Below, piece by piece: positions 1 through 12,700 of a stretch of 64,000 bases of DNA. Location of the stretch: assembly GCF_964188315.1 (NCBI RefSeq), contig NC_135662.1, positions 29,450,001 through 29,514,000 on the forward strand. Reading direction: 5' to 3'. The notes beneath the pieces are model-generated. The model was not told the DNA's origin, made no database searches, and saw only the letters and a list, made by a program, of their open reading frames with translations. The position numbers and the translations under genes are program-made. The DNA is from Podarcis muralis (Eukaryota). Within the stretch, counting starts at the first letter, position 1; each line of letters starts with the position of its first letter.

Positions 1-672
1 TTTCAGTCCCATGGTGAGGTGTGAATCCCGATTGGAAGGGATCCAAATGGTCCGCATCCTCCAGGCGTGCTTGGAGTTGTCTGGCAACCACCCGCTCAAT
101 CACCTTGCCCAAGAATGGTAAATTTGAGACTGGGCAATAGTTGGCCAAATTGGCTGGGTCTAAAGATGTTTTTTTAAGAAGCGGTTTAATGACCGCCTCT
201 TTCAGCGGGTCTGGGAAGGCTCCCTCACAGAGGGAAGCATTCACCACCCCACAGAGCCCATCGCCCAGCCCTTCCCGGCTCGCTTTTATCAGCCAGGATG
301 GGCAAGGATCAAGGAGACAGGTGGTCGGTTTCACTTGTCCAAGCAGCCTGTCCACATCCTTGGAGGTAACAGATTGGAATTGATCCCATGTAACAGGACT
401 AGACAGAACTCTAGCACTCTCCCACCCTGGCCCTGCTCCCACGGTAGAGTCTACCTCCTTCTGAATCTGAGCGACTTTATCTGCAAAAAACTTTGCAAAA
501 GCATTGCAGGAGATCTTGGGGTCCCTACCAGGCCCCGGTGGTGCAGGTGGTTCCAATAGATTGCGAACCACCTGAAAAAGTCTCCTGCTGCTGTTTTCTG
601 CAGATGCAATGGAGGCGGTGAAGAAGGCCCTCTTCGCCGTCGCCATTGCCAATATTGTACTAACAATGGATC
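1..672 (-). mobile_element. L2-clade LINE, ORF2 (reverse transcriptase N-terminal region), 5'-truncated, runs off the left edge
   Basis: Manual minus-strand translation is open from 670 to 1: ...TAKRAFFTASIASAENSSRRLFQVVRNLL...VKPTTCLLDPCPSWLIK...NASLCEGAFPDPLKEAVIKPLLKKTSLDPANLANYCPVSNLPFLGKVIERVVARQLQ...LDPFQSGFTPHHGTE. These are typical L2-type RT motifs. It is absent from the ORF track, presumably because no stop codon falls inside the window. Confidence 0.9.
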
Positions 673-1070
673 AGGACTACTAGGAGTCTAGTGCTTGTTG
701 TAAAATGGAGGTGTGGGGAGAGAAGTTGAAACAACTGGAAAAGCAGCCTGCCTACTAGCTTGGGTGTGGATTTGCATTACTTAGTAGGTATGAAAGCATT
801 AATTGTTGCACATACTTCAGATTAAATGTGATTATTCAAGCGTCCCTTATTAGGTACATACCTAGATTTCACTGTAATAATTTATGGTTTAATCCTTCAC
901 TAATTAAATATGAAGGTAAGTTTCTTTGGACTAAACTACACATACTCAAAATATGATTTGTACTGAAATACCTCATTATGTTTGAAATTTTGCATAATTC
1001 TCAGTCACTGAAGTTTTTGTTTTGTGCATCTGTTTAGAAAAGCTTTGTATGAGAATTTCTCTCAGCTTTA

Positions 1071-1386
1071 TAATAATAATAATAATAATAATTTTATTCA
1101 TGCCCTGCCCATCTGGCTGGGTTTCCACAGCCACTATGGGCAGCTTCCAACATATATAGCTGTGGCGGGAAGGTAAACGGCGTTTCCATTCTGGCTCTGG
1201 TTTCCATCATGGTGTTCTGTTGTGCCAGAAGCAGTTTAGTCATGCTGGCCACATAACCCGGAAAGCTGTCTGTGGACAAATGCCAGCTCCATCGGCCTGA
1301 AAAGTGAGATGAGCGCTACAACCCCATAGTCGCCTTTGACTGGACTTAACTGTCCATGAGTCCTTTACCTTTTCCCCTTTACCTTA
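1071..1386. mobile_element. Composite: L2 3' tail fragment (-) abutting a 5'-truncated Sauria SINE (+)
   Basis: 1071-1150 is (AAT)n plus ccctgcccatctggctgggtttccacagccact, the same tail as at 7770, 25200 and 60160. About 1160-1386 matches the 3' two-thirds of the SINE at 6021 and ends in accttt-like repeats. Confidence 0.75.
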
Positions 1387-4300
1387 CAGCATATATAAAA
1401 CATACCAGTGTAATGCTGGCATCCTTCCATACCCAGTTTAGTTCTGGATGGCCTCTTTAACAGCTGCAGTCAAGTTTATTAACAGATCAATTCTAAACTA
1501 TTCCTCCCCCTGCCCCCAGGCTTTTGGTTTGCTGACAGGTTTAAATTGATTCAAAAATAATATTAAATATAATTCAATAACTATTCTGATGAACCACTGC
1601 CAGACTGTGGTCACATTCGCAACTTGCATTTAAAGCTCTACAACACCACCTTTAAACAGTCATCGTCAATTCCCCCAAATAATTCTGGGAGCTAATTTGT
1701 TAAGATACCTCCGTTCCTCTCACAGAGCTATGATTCCAAGAGAAAGGCCTTTGATGGTTAAATCACTCTGGGAATTGGTCTATAGGAGGGGAATCAAGAG
1801 TCTAATGACTCTTTGGAGAAAGTTTCAACAAATTGGGATGTATTCAACTAATGTTTGCTCAGAGGCCCATAGAAATTAAGGGACCTAAGTTAGCTGCGGC
1901 CATTAATTTCAACGAATCTGCTCTGAGTAAAAGTTAGTTGAATGCAATCCATGTTTATGAGAGAGAGAGAGAGAGAAAGAGATGTCAGTAAACTGTCTCC
2001 TAGCCCCCACTCTAGTCATGTATTTCAAGTTCTGACCAGGGTGTAAGATCCTGCCAGAAACTGTGGAAGACCTGTGATGCTTTGTTGCATGGCTCAGCAA
2101 GCTTCTCCCCTCCTACTGAAAACTAGATGCAGACCTTGAAAATGGATGGGAGGAAAGTATGAAGTGGGAACAGTGTATGACTGAACCTAGTGGGAAGTGT
2201 TTTGGTGGTGCTATTTCAGATTGACTTGAATAGGAACACGAAATGGAATTTAATTTCTGGTAATCGGGGGTTGCTTTGAAGAAGCTGTGGAGAAGAAAAG
2301 GGGGGGGGGGAAACCCTAAAGGAATCAACTAGTCAAGAGAACAAGGGAATCAGTTGTGTGTTAACCTTGGCAAACATGCATTAAATAGTTCCTTTATTTG
2401 CTTTCCAGAACAATCATCCATGGACAGGAAATGTTTTGATCAAAACACTGCTGCTTTGTTGGATATTATTTTATATACTGCTTTTATACTATTGTCAATG
2501 CTTTTTAAGTAGAGAGCTTTCTTTGCGCACTGTTATTCAGGATAATTAAGGGCTGGCATTCAAGGCTAGAAACATCTGCAGATTGTGTGTGACCATAAGC
2601 AGGTCATTTAACTATTTCCTAACTCTGAATTGGATCTAAAAGTGTAGCTACTGTATAAATCTCCTTCTGTTATTTTTGTTTTTTGAATAGCTTATTCAAT
2701 ACTGTTTTATGCCATTTACAACAAAGAGTTGCATCGTACCTGGAAGACTTAACACATTTATTATGGCACAAGCTTTAGTGGCACAGATTAGACTTTATCA
2801 GATGCAATGAAATATACTTGCTGCTTAACATTCATGGTGTTAAAAAGACACGCTTGGTCTGGAACAAGTGAGCACTAGTAGCCCTGCACTCATTAAAGTG
2901 AGTTAAGGAAGTTTGGAAACATTTTCTTTTTTTAATCTATATGCAATTTGGGGGAGAACGGTAGCTTATGTGCTTATTGTGCAGTTTACAACTCCTGACT
3001 GCTTTTCAATTTAAAGCCCAAAATAGTAATTGATTGAATTCTGGTTTTTTAATGTTATTCAAAATTAAATATACATTCCATGATGAAAATACATATTGAA
3101 AAACTTAGTTTAAAAGGGGGGAAGCTAATATTTCTATATACATGCTTTAACATGCACTTTGCTTCATAATGAATTATTAATAAATATTCCTTATACACAA
3201 ATCCACTATTATAAAATATTAAAGTTTTAAATTTTTAAGTTTCAACCACTAGAACTAGGAGGACAGGCTCATGTTATTTTTTTTACTCTAAAAATACAAA
3301 TCTATTCCGTTCCCCAAAGTTCCTAATTCTGGTTTTATTTAGTGGGTTATGACATTGCAACTCTCTATATCTTCCCTATCTTTTTCTTGATCTTAAATCA
3401 TAATCACTGTATTCAGTTGTTCCCAAAACTTCCCTAAATAATTGGTTGAAATCTTATATATATAAGGAGGATAGGGCATGCCCATTCTACCAGTCTCACT
3501 CCATTAGTAATACTTCCACTAATTTTTTGGACAGAACAGTCCTTGGGGTTGGAGAAATGAGTCTAAGGAGCCTGTGGGTCCTCAGTCACCCCCCAAGAAT
3601 GGGCCACTGTAGCCCCACACCTGATGGAGCACCACTGGCAGAACACCTGTGTCCATTGAGAGTGCACTAGGTGCACCGATGCCATTTCACTGGCTGGGTG
3701 GCACTTAATGCCTCTTTCTATAGCCCATCTGCCTGAATGCTGTTTGTAGGATTGCAGCCTAGGTCCCTTCTGTAAACAACAAATCAGGATCAGCTAGCAG
3801 GTGCTGGGAAATATCTAGCCATTTCAAATGCCTGATAAAACACAGTAAGTTGTGTTGTAACTCTTAATGAAAATGCTTCCATGCATGAAACATAATTTAG
3901 AACTTGGCGTTTAAATAAGTGCCATTTATTGCAAAACCTGGGCAAAGTGTTCCATGACTCATTGTTTCCACATCTCCAGTGGTGTCTGATTTTGTTGCTG
4001 TTAATGCAGAAACTGGCTAAACCTTTAGCTGCAGCCAAGTTTGGGAAAAGCTGCTAGTTTGTTCAAAGACAATATCTAACGTTTATTCACTGCCAACAGT
4101 ATAGGAGCTGCTGGGCAAAGATGGCTGGCATTCTTCAGCATAGGACAGAGGTCACCAATCTTTTGGGAAGTGTCCTGGAAGTCAAGTCCAAGTAGGAACA
4201 AGCATGTAATGAATAGGAACACGAGGAGAGAGCTCTGCTGAAGTAGGCCAAAGGTGTGTCTAATCCAGCATGCTGCTTTCACAGTGGCGAACTCGATGCC

Positions 4301-4470
4301 TGTACAAAGCTCACAAGCAGGACATGGTGCCATATGGTTTTATTTATGTCTACCCTGCATTTCCTTCAAAGAGTTCAAGGTTTGTCCCCTCCCTCATCTT
4401 AACTTCTTGAAAAATTTGTTAGGTAGGCTTCTTATCCCACTCCAGCTATTATTCCCCAATGACAGAGAAA

Positions 4471-5054
4471 CAGTGGTACCTCGGGTTACATACACTTCAG
4501 GTTACATATGCTTCAGGTTATAGACTCCGCTAACCCAGAAATATTACCTCGGGTTAAGAACTTTGCTTCAGGATGAGAACAGAAATCATGTGGCGGCAGC
4601 AAGAGGCCCCATTAGCTAAAGTGGTGCTTCAGGTTAAGAACAGACCTCCAGAACGAATTAAGTTCTTAACCTGAGGTACTGTCGGACTTGCGTTCGACCA
4701 AGCGACTTCCAGTCGAGTCCTCCGACATGATTAATAACCTGAGCCTTTGATGAGGCTCCAAGCACGTTCCCCCATTACGCAGAGTATCCAGCATGCAGGG
4801 AAGGAGCCGAGATAGTATGAGCTACATTGCAAAGAGCGTTTTATTTCTAACTACGCAGACAGAAAAGAAATATACATCTCTCTGTAAAAGCAGAGAGCAG
4901 CTGAACAACAAAGGAACAGGAAACCAGTAACATCACATCCGTCTCCTGTCTTCTGTGAGACTTCCAATAGCCTGGAATCTCCGGAATGCAAAACAGAGTC
5001 TTGTGACTCCAAGCACTGCACAGTGGCACAAACAGAAACTAACAGGTACCACTG
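4471..5054. mobile_element. Tc1/mariner-type (Tigger/pogo-like) MITE, interrupted by a solo LTR
   Basis: Left end is CAGTGGTACCTC at 4471. The right end, GAGGTACCACTG-TA, is split into gaggtac (4673-4679) and ggtaccactg-ta (5045-5056). Confidence 0.8.
4680..5044 (-). mobile_element. Solo LTR (365 bp)
   Basis: TGT...ACA termini, a perfect 5-bp TSD GGTAC (4675-4679 and 5045-5049), and AATAAA on the minus strand near 4840. Confidence 0.75.
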
Positions 5055-6020
5055 TACACTATTTTGGAATGGTTTTGCCTTTTGTCTGCTGTAGTGGGAA
5101 GCTGGTGGAAGCAAAGATAAGGAGACAAGCCGTATGAGCTGGACTCTACTGGAACATGTTCAGGTCTTCCACAAACCACAGCTGCCTGGGGTGTGTTGGT
5201 TGGCCATTTATCTGTGACTGAGAGGGTGACGTAAAGATGAGAATCTTCTCTACCATACATTTGGTGGGGCACTTGTTTCCTAACTTATAAAAAGCAGTTT
5301 ATTACTTTTGAATAAAAGTGAACCAAAAACAATGCAGCATAGTAGTTTGGGGAACTAAAAAGACCCGAATTCAAATCCCCACTAAGCCATTCTTCTCAAT
5401 GAGGGGCATTGGACCAGTCAGCCTAACTAGGCTCTCAGGCATGTTTTAAGGATGAAGGAAGGGCAAGTGTGCATGGTGGCTGGAAGAGAGAGGTAATAAT
5501 AAAAACTGAGCCATGTTCCATCCGTCTTGACAAAGTATCTTAATATACTGGCACTAGTCTGACACAAGCTATTCTCATAACCTGTGGCCTATAGAAATTA
5601 ACAAATAAGGGCTGGAAATGTAGCCTTCATTCCCCTGAACTAAATCCAGCACTATATGTCTTCTTGCATTTCTGCAGCAGATAAAAAAAGGGCTATCCCT
5701 CTGGACCGATCCATTTCTGTGTATAAAATGAAGCAATATTTACATATCCTCAAAAAGAGGTTATGCCGATTTCCTCATGTAAGGGAGCCTAGCATGAGCA
5801 GATCTTCAAGCAAAAGTGGTCAAGCAAGTTTAACATTTGTTATTGAATTCAGAGTGCCACCTACAGGCCAGCAAAAATACCTCCCATCCTGTTTTTTTAT
5901 TAAAAAAAGACCTTTCACATGCATCTCTCAAACATATTAACTTGGTCCAAAGGCCGTTACCATGATGCAGGTGGTTGTTTCTAGAAGTTATAACAATTGC
6001 TTCAATCTAGCATTATTATT

Positions 6021-6396
6021 GGGATGCGGGTGGTGTTGTGGTGTAAACCACTGAGCCTTGGGCTTGCTGATCGGAAGGTCGGTGGTTCGAATCCCCACGA
6101 CGGGGTGAGCTCCCGTTGTTCGGTCCCAGCTCCTGCCAACCTAGCAGTTCAAAAGCACGTCAAAGTGCAAGTAGATAAATAGGTACTGCTCTGGCGGGAA
6201 GGTAAACAGCGTTTCTGTGCACTGCTCTGGTTTTGGTGTTCCGTTGCGCGAGAAGCAGCTTAGTCATGCTGGCCACATGACGCAGAAAAACTGTCTGTGG
6301 ACAAATGTCGGCTCCCTTGGCCAGTAAAGCGAGATGAGCGCCACAACCCCAGAGTCGTTCCCAACTGGACTTAACTGTCGAGGGTCCTTTACCTTT
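6021..6396 (+). mobile_element. Sauria SINE, full length
   Basis: tRNA-like head with B box GGTTCGAATCC, accttt tail, and 12-bp TSD AGCATTATTATT (6009-6020 and 6400-6411). Confidence 0.9.
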
Positions 6397-7071
6397 AGCA
6401 GCATTATTATTTTGCAGAGATTCCAGTATTTCATTAAAATGAGCAGGGCAGCTTTCCTTCTGAAAGCTTCAGTTGCACTTTGGAGCACAACGCAGAAAGG
6501 CTCTGTCTTTAAGATGGATTTCTAGAGTGTGATTTCCACCAATCTTACAAGATCTGTCCAGCAGTTATGTAGACCGCATGTATCTAATGCATCTATACTT
6601 AGAAGAAAGTCCCACTGAGTTTACACCCAAGTAGGACTGTATACTTTGACTCTACCTAAAGAAAAGCAACACCTGATCCACTATGATGCAATTCCTAGTT
6701 AATAAGACTTCAGCCTCAGCTTGCTTGCTTTGCACCTATCAGGAGAAACAACATTACCAAGCAACTTTTAGCTAGTTTTGGGGTTTCTTTGTTTTTTTAA
6801 AAAAGAAGAAATTGGAGACAGAGAGAGAACATGCCAAAATGTGCCATGACTCTATATATATAAACTGCAGAAAAATAATTTGCACCAATAGCATTTTAAC
6901 TTGCAATAATTTTTAAAATCATTTTCTCGAAGGTTTTCAACAGCTCATGCTTTCTATATCCAAAATCTATATAAATATACTTGTCATAGTGGATGCTGGT
7001 CAGGATTCAAACAGTTGTACACACAAAAGCTTTTTTAGGCTCTCCTGAATGCAGCCCCCCCCCCTACATAC

Positions 7072-7074
<3 letters not shown>

Positions 7075-7118
<44 letters not shown>
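7075..7118. repeat. (AC)22 microsatellite
   Basis: Perfect dinucleotide run. Confidence 0.97.
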
Positions 7119-7120
<2 letters not shown>

Positions 7121-7635
7121 CCAAAGGATCATTTACAGCAGAGGGAGCAGGTTTTCGAACTACACAATCTGCTTGTATTTGAACCTGGACATCCACCACC
7201 TAAAGCCAGGTACTAAAATACATATTTACAATAATTTACAGTGGCTCTGAGCTGCTGCTGAGCACAAGATTTGTTTTGAGTACTGTACCAGAATAGACCT
7301 CGGCTCACAATTCTTATCCAAGCTGCTTTCACTTAAGCAGTCAAATTTGCTATTATTGAACAACTTAAAACCAGAAATCTTTGCCAAATCTGTTGCAAGT
7401 CACCCAGAGATCTACCTACCTCCTGATCCATGTAAGAATTATTACTTGATGTTGGGCATGAGTGTCACATTTTCCAGGGTATTACATGATTAAGCATCAG
7501 TCATCAGGGTGAAGAAAATATGTGGTAACTCATCCCTAATAACGATGAACCAAAGCATAGGAGTATTAAGCCATATCAATATCACATCCTTTAAAAATAA
7601 TTTGTGTTACCATTGGCCAAGCTGGTTGGGACTGA

Positions 7636-7826
7636 GTGGCACCCTCCCATCAGATGTCAAAGAAATAAACAATTATCTGACTTTTAGAAGACATCTGAAG
7701 GCAGCCCTATTTAGAGAAGCTTTTAATATTTGATGAATTGTTGTATTTTAATATTTTGCTGGAAGCCACCCAGAGTGGCTGGGGAAACCCAGCCAGATGG
7801 GTGGGGTATATTATTATTATTATTAT
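7636..7826 (+). mobile_element. L2 LINE 3' end
   Basis: Encodes the ORF2 C-terminus (LTFRRHLKAALFREAFN), followed by the conserved tail cagagtggctggggaaacccagccagatggg and (ATT)n. Confidence 0.8.
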
Positions 7827-9703
7827 TCAAACAATATTTGAAGGGGCCAAAGGTTTCCCACCCCTGCTTTACAGCAAGATAGGAAAAACAATTGCCAAGT
7901 CAAACACAAATATTTTCGGACAATATATTTATTTGCACCTTCATTATCCAATCATCTGAAACCCAGTTCTGTTTCTACCAGGTCAAAAAAAAAATGACCC
8001 TGTTTGAAATTTGGTACTTCAAGTTATATAAATTATTCCATTGCAAAGTGTTTCATTCACGCCAGAAGGAAAAAAGAAAGAAACTGAATGAATGTAAGGA
8101 GGACATTTCAAAAGCCACAACCTTAAAAACCTATTAAGATTCTCCATTTGATAATAGGCATGGCAATATGAAAGGTTCAGTGTTAAAAGAAAGCTAAGTG
8201 GGAAGAGGGGAACAGAAGATTCTCGGCCATTCTTTGCTCACTATTCTCCAGCATGAAGTCAGCCCTTTGATTTAGTGGACTGCAACCTCCATATTAAAAT
8301 GGTTTGATAAAATCAGTTTTAAGTTGGCTGGTCACAAAACCAAACACCCATTATAAACTGGTTTATCAGCCTGCCTGCCCCCCCCCCCCCCCATCAAACA
8401 TGCTCCACTCAACTACCTTTGTTGGCTAAAATTAACTCCATTTTAGCAATCAAACACATGAAAACTCGGTGGAATTTAGCCACTTCTAGCAAGCCAAACT
8501 GTAGCCAGCATTTTAGACTGCAGAGCTCTTCATGTGTTATGTGCCTATACAAGACCCAAGTTGTCTTTCTATATATACGCTTGACAAAGATAGTGTGCTA
8601 GTCTTTAAGGTGCCACATCAGCCTTTGACTCTTCCATATAGGACCCCGAGTGAACAAGTAGCTACATGGGAAAAAAACTCCCATAGAAAGCAAAGAAATC
8701 CAACAGCACAAAACTCTGGCAGGACTTAGATAAATATTTTCACAACACACTCTAGGGATAGATGAATCTGCCAATTTTGGTGTCTCCCAGTTGTTGGTTT
8801 GTTAGATTTTAAAATAGGTTCATCATATTTCCAAATCGGTTTGTGAGGTTCTTCTGTTATACATATTTGTGAAGGCAATTTCTCCTAATGTAACACATTT
8901 TAATGCAAACTCTCTTAACAGACACATTTATTACACGTTTTGGTTGGAAAACTGCATTGCAAAATTCAGAAAAGTGCAAATATTGAAGGATAAGTGCATT
9001 TCGGCTTGTGTGTTGTTTGGGGAGGTGTGCATTAAAATGCAAACGAAATCAAATTTCTCCTTCATCTCTACCTAGTGGGACCAAATGGACCACGTATTCC
9101 AACGACTCCAAACTTGTTTGAAACTCTACAGAGGATGTTGCTCTATATTAGAAACATGCCTGCTCATACCATCCTCTGCAGCAAACAGGGTTTGCAACCT
9201 GTACAAGCAAAAGTCATTATGTATGAAAGAGGAAAAGCAACAGCCTGGGAGAGCTGCATATATCGGCTCTCAGCTTTGAAAGTTTCTATGGAACAGAACC
9301 AATTAATTCAGGTAATAAGCATGCATGCCTGTACCTATACACAGAGCTTTCAGAGTCAAAGGATAATACTGTGTAGTAGCAATAGACTACCCCAGTCAAT
9401 TTTCACCGGTAATATAAAAAAAATAATCAGATTTCTTCTGTATGAAAAAAGAAATTCATATGAGGCTGCATCTGAAGAAGGCGGCAAACTTCAAGTACAG
9501 GTCTTAAGTAATCCTGGCTCTCTTAAAAATACAGACACACACACACATATACATACATGTGTACATATACACATACATACAGACATAAAATCCCACCAGG
9601 GACCAATGCCGGACTGTATCAAACACAGCCATGCTCTGTATAAAACAAAACACTGTTCCATAAACTTCTTCCATGGCGTTACCCGTAACCCTGCAGATTG
9701 CTG

Positions 9704-12700
9704 TTAAGAAGCCCATGCCGCAAGCTGCTGCATATCATCTTCATCCTCCACCCTCTTCCTTGAAGATGCTGTAACAAAGAGATGTGCAAGAACTGTTAGA
9801 ATATAAAGACAAGGTGCAAACATGATGACTCAATGGGAAGTCTTGGCCATAGCCATCACGCACCCGATCCAAATTCTAATTATATCACTTGAAATACAAG
9901 ACTCATCATCATCATGGAGGATGTCAATAGAAGGTACACACTAGAACTGCTCACAGAGTGCCAGGTAAGACCCAGGTCTTTGGGTCTTGAACCTCAGTGC
10001 TAAAAAAACCCCTGTTCTTCACTTAGTGTATTCTGTCTCGATTCTTCCCACCCATCCAATCAGAAATCTTGACAGTTTCAGGATATATATACTAAAATTT
10101 ATTTCACCTGAATCATTCTATATCATATATCATTAGCAGACAGCTTAACATAAGAAATAAAAAAGTTTACCAGGATGGGAAGGCAGCGGCGTAGCTGGTA
10201 CACTTGGTAGTCGAACATTTGCCATTTTATTATTGAGTTCTTCTTGCTCCAGTTCTTCCAGTTCTGCCAACAGCTCATCCTGAAAGTTTTTTTTAAAAAA
10301 TGGAAGGTTATGTTTTGAGAAACAGGGTCCACCATCTCAAGAGACTAATAATGGCAGCCATGTAAACAGCCACTCACCTACTTGCCAGTAGCAAGTAAGT
10401 ATCTGCTCCAGTCAATCAGGGAGGGAAGCTTTATTAAACTGGAAAATGGGTTGTTGTCATGTCATGATGGCATAGGTCAGAGGTGGGGAAACTCTGCGCC
10501 AGGGGCCATATCTGGTTTGCCAGCCATCATTATTTGGTTCACAGGGCCACTGTCTCCATATCTCGTCCACCTGCTGCACACCTGATGTCATATGTGATAG
10601 CAGGTGTGGGGCAGGTGGAGATGCAACTGGACTGGCTGCTCATACAACTGATCCAAGCAGGAAGCATGATTTATGGCCCTACATGTCAGCTGATATACAG
10701 TGGTACCTTGGTTCTCAAACATAATCCATTCTGGAAGTCCATTCGACTTCCAAAACATTCAAAAACCAAAGCGCAGCTTCCGATTGGTCCAGGCACCCCG
10801 GAAACAATAGCCGACAATTGCATCAGACATTTGGCTTTCAAAAAACGTTTGAAAACCGGAACACTTACTTCCGGGTTTTCGGTGTTCGAGAGCAGAAATG
10901 TTTGAGTACCAAAGCATTCAAGAACCAAAGTTCCACTGTATATGGGAAATGGACTAGTATTATTTTTGACTATAGACTTATCTTCAGGACTCTACAATCA
11001 ATTACAAATCAAAGCACCACACCCATATGCACGTACAGAGCCTTTTTTGTAGTAGAGGCTTTGCTTTAGTTGAGATTCCTGCATTGCAGGGAATGGACTA
11101 GATGATTCTCAGGGTCCCTTTCCAACACTACAATTCTATGATTCAAAGACCATTAAACTTCACTGGGGGTCTGCATTAACATGTCTCGCATATAGTTCTG
11201 AAAATTTTCTTCAGGGAAGTACTGAGTCCAATTTCCCACCATTTAAACTGTTATCTCCTCAGTCAAACTGAGAACTGAAGTGCACTTAAAGACAGGTGTT
11301 AAGTGCTTGGCAACCAGCCTGACAAGATTTTATCGAGCATAAAATTAAGCAGTGATATTTAGTCTGCATCTAGTTTATGTCCTTAATTTCATTACCAACC
11401 TCATCAAAGTCATCACCAACTTTTCTAGTAAGAGCTTCTGTGATTTCCTGAGCGATATCTTGCTGTTCAGTGATATCTTGCATCATGTCGTCAATTTTGT
11501 CCAAGTCCCTGAAGAGACAAACATTGATTTAATGAACCTGTATACCACGCATGAACATTTTATAAAGTTACCAGGGTGGGACAGAAAACAGACAAAAACC
11601 ACAGAAGTATCATGAAGCACCAAAGAACAGCAGAATAAAGAGCAGCAATAAAAACAAGCAGAACATCTACAGAATTATAGAACTGTAGAGTTGAAAGGGA
11701 CTCTGAGGATCATCTAGACCAACCCCCTGCAATGCAGCAATAGATGTTAAAAAGCCCAGGAAAACAGCAGGTTCAGCTGGTGCCTAAAAGACTTTGGGTT
11801 GGAGTCAGACTTGGCACATCAGAGTTCTATTCACTATGGAGGAAGGGGCAAGATGATTTTTGCCTTTACTCTTTCCCCCTGCAGAGCCTGTTTCCCTCAC
11901 CACCTCCACACACAAAAATCTCTTCTGAGCTGCTGGAGGAGCATCCTGTTCAGCATCAAAGACAGCACAGGATCTCAGTCCCTTTAACTAGCAAAAGGGA
12001 CACTGTGGACGCAGCCTTCCAGCTTAAGTGTAAGGCAAGCCTCCCTGGTGAGAAAATGCCATAAGGGCTGCCACAACATTGGACCCTCACCCTAGTCACC
12101 ACGACCAATTTCAGAGCACAGGCAGGTTGATGTGAGGGAAGAGATTCCTTCTAGAACCCACATCCCAAGCCATATAGGGCTAAGCACCAGCACTCTGAAG
12201 TGTGCTCTGAAACAGAATGGTAGCTACCGGAGCTTTTTAAGCACAACTGAGATGTGTTTGCAATGGCCAGTTAGTATCCTAGCCGCTGCAGCTGGGCAGT
12301 TTCCAAAGGCAGCCCCACATACATTACACTGTAGTAGTCTAATACCACCAGAACATGAACTTGCTCACTTGTTTTGTTTTAGAATCATCCCTCCACACAC
12401 ACAAAGAAATTGGCCATAACCTAAAATGGAAAGGAAGGACACCCTTGTAGCTCACCAGTTCAGCACATGCTTTGCACACCAGAATCTCAGCGCAGCACAG
12501 ACTACAGTGAGCAGCTAGTCATGTTAATCTGGACTGCCACAGGGCCTGCAAAAACACCACAGGAGCCAAAAATACCACACTCAGCCCCTAATGTCTACCC
12601 ATAAAATCTTGCCACACCTGAGGATCTAACGAAAACAACAGCACAAACCAAAACAAACCCAATGGTAACCTTAACATTGAAGGGCATTTCCAATGGACAG

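Noticed and set aside
700-4400. Search for the 3' exons of SNX16, the next gene in human synteny
   Set aside because: I could not recognise any SNX16-like coding exon. The region may be UTR or intergenic.
9075-9707. 210-aa plus-strand ORF
   Set aside because: Antisense to the CHMP4C 3' UTR, runs through an (AC)-rich microsatellite and shows no recognisable domain.
10051-10140. Possible C/D-box snoRNA at the duplicated CHMP4C intronic 40-mer
   Set aside because: A CTGA is present, but there is no canonical box C at a suitable distance and the second copy has none.
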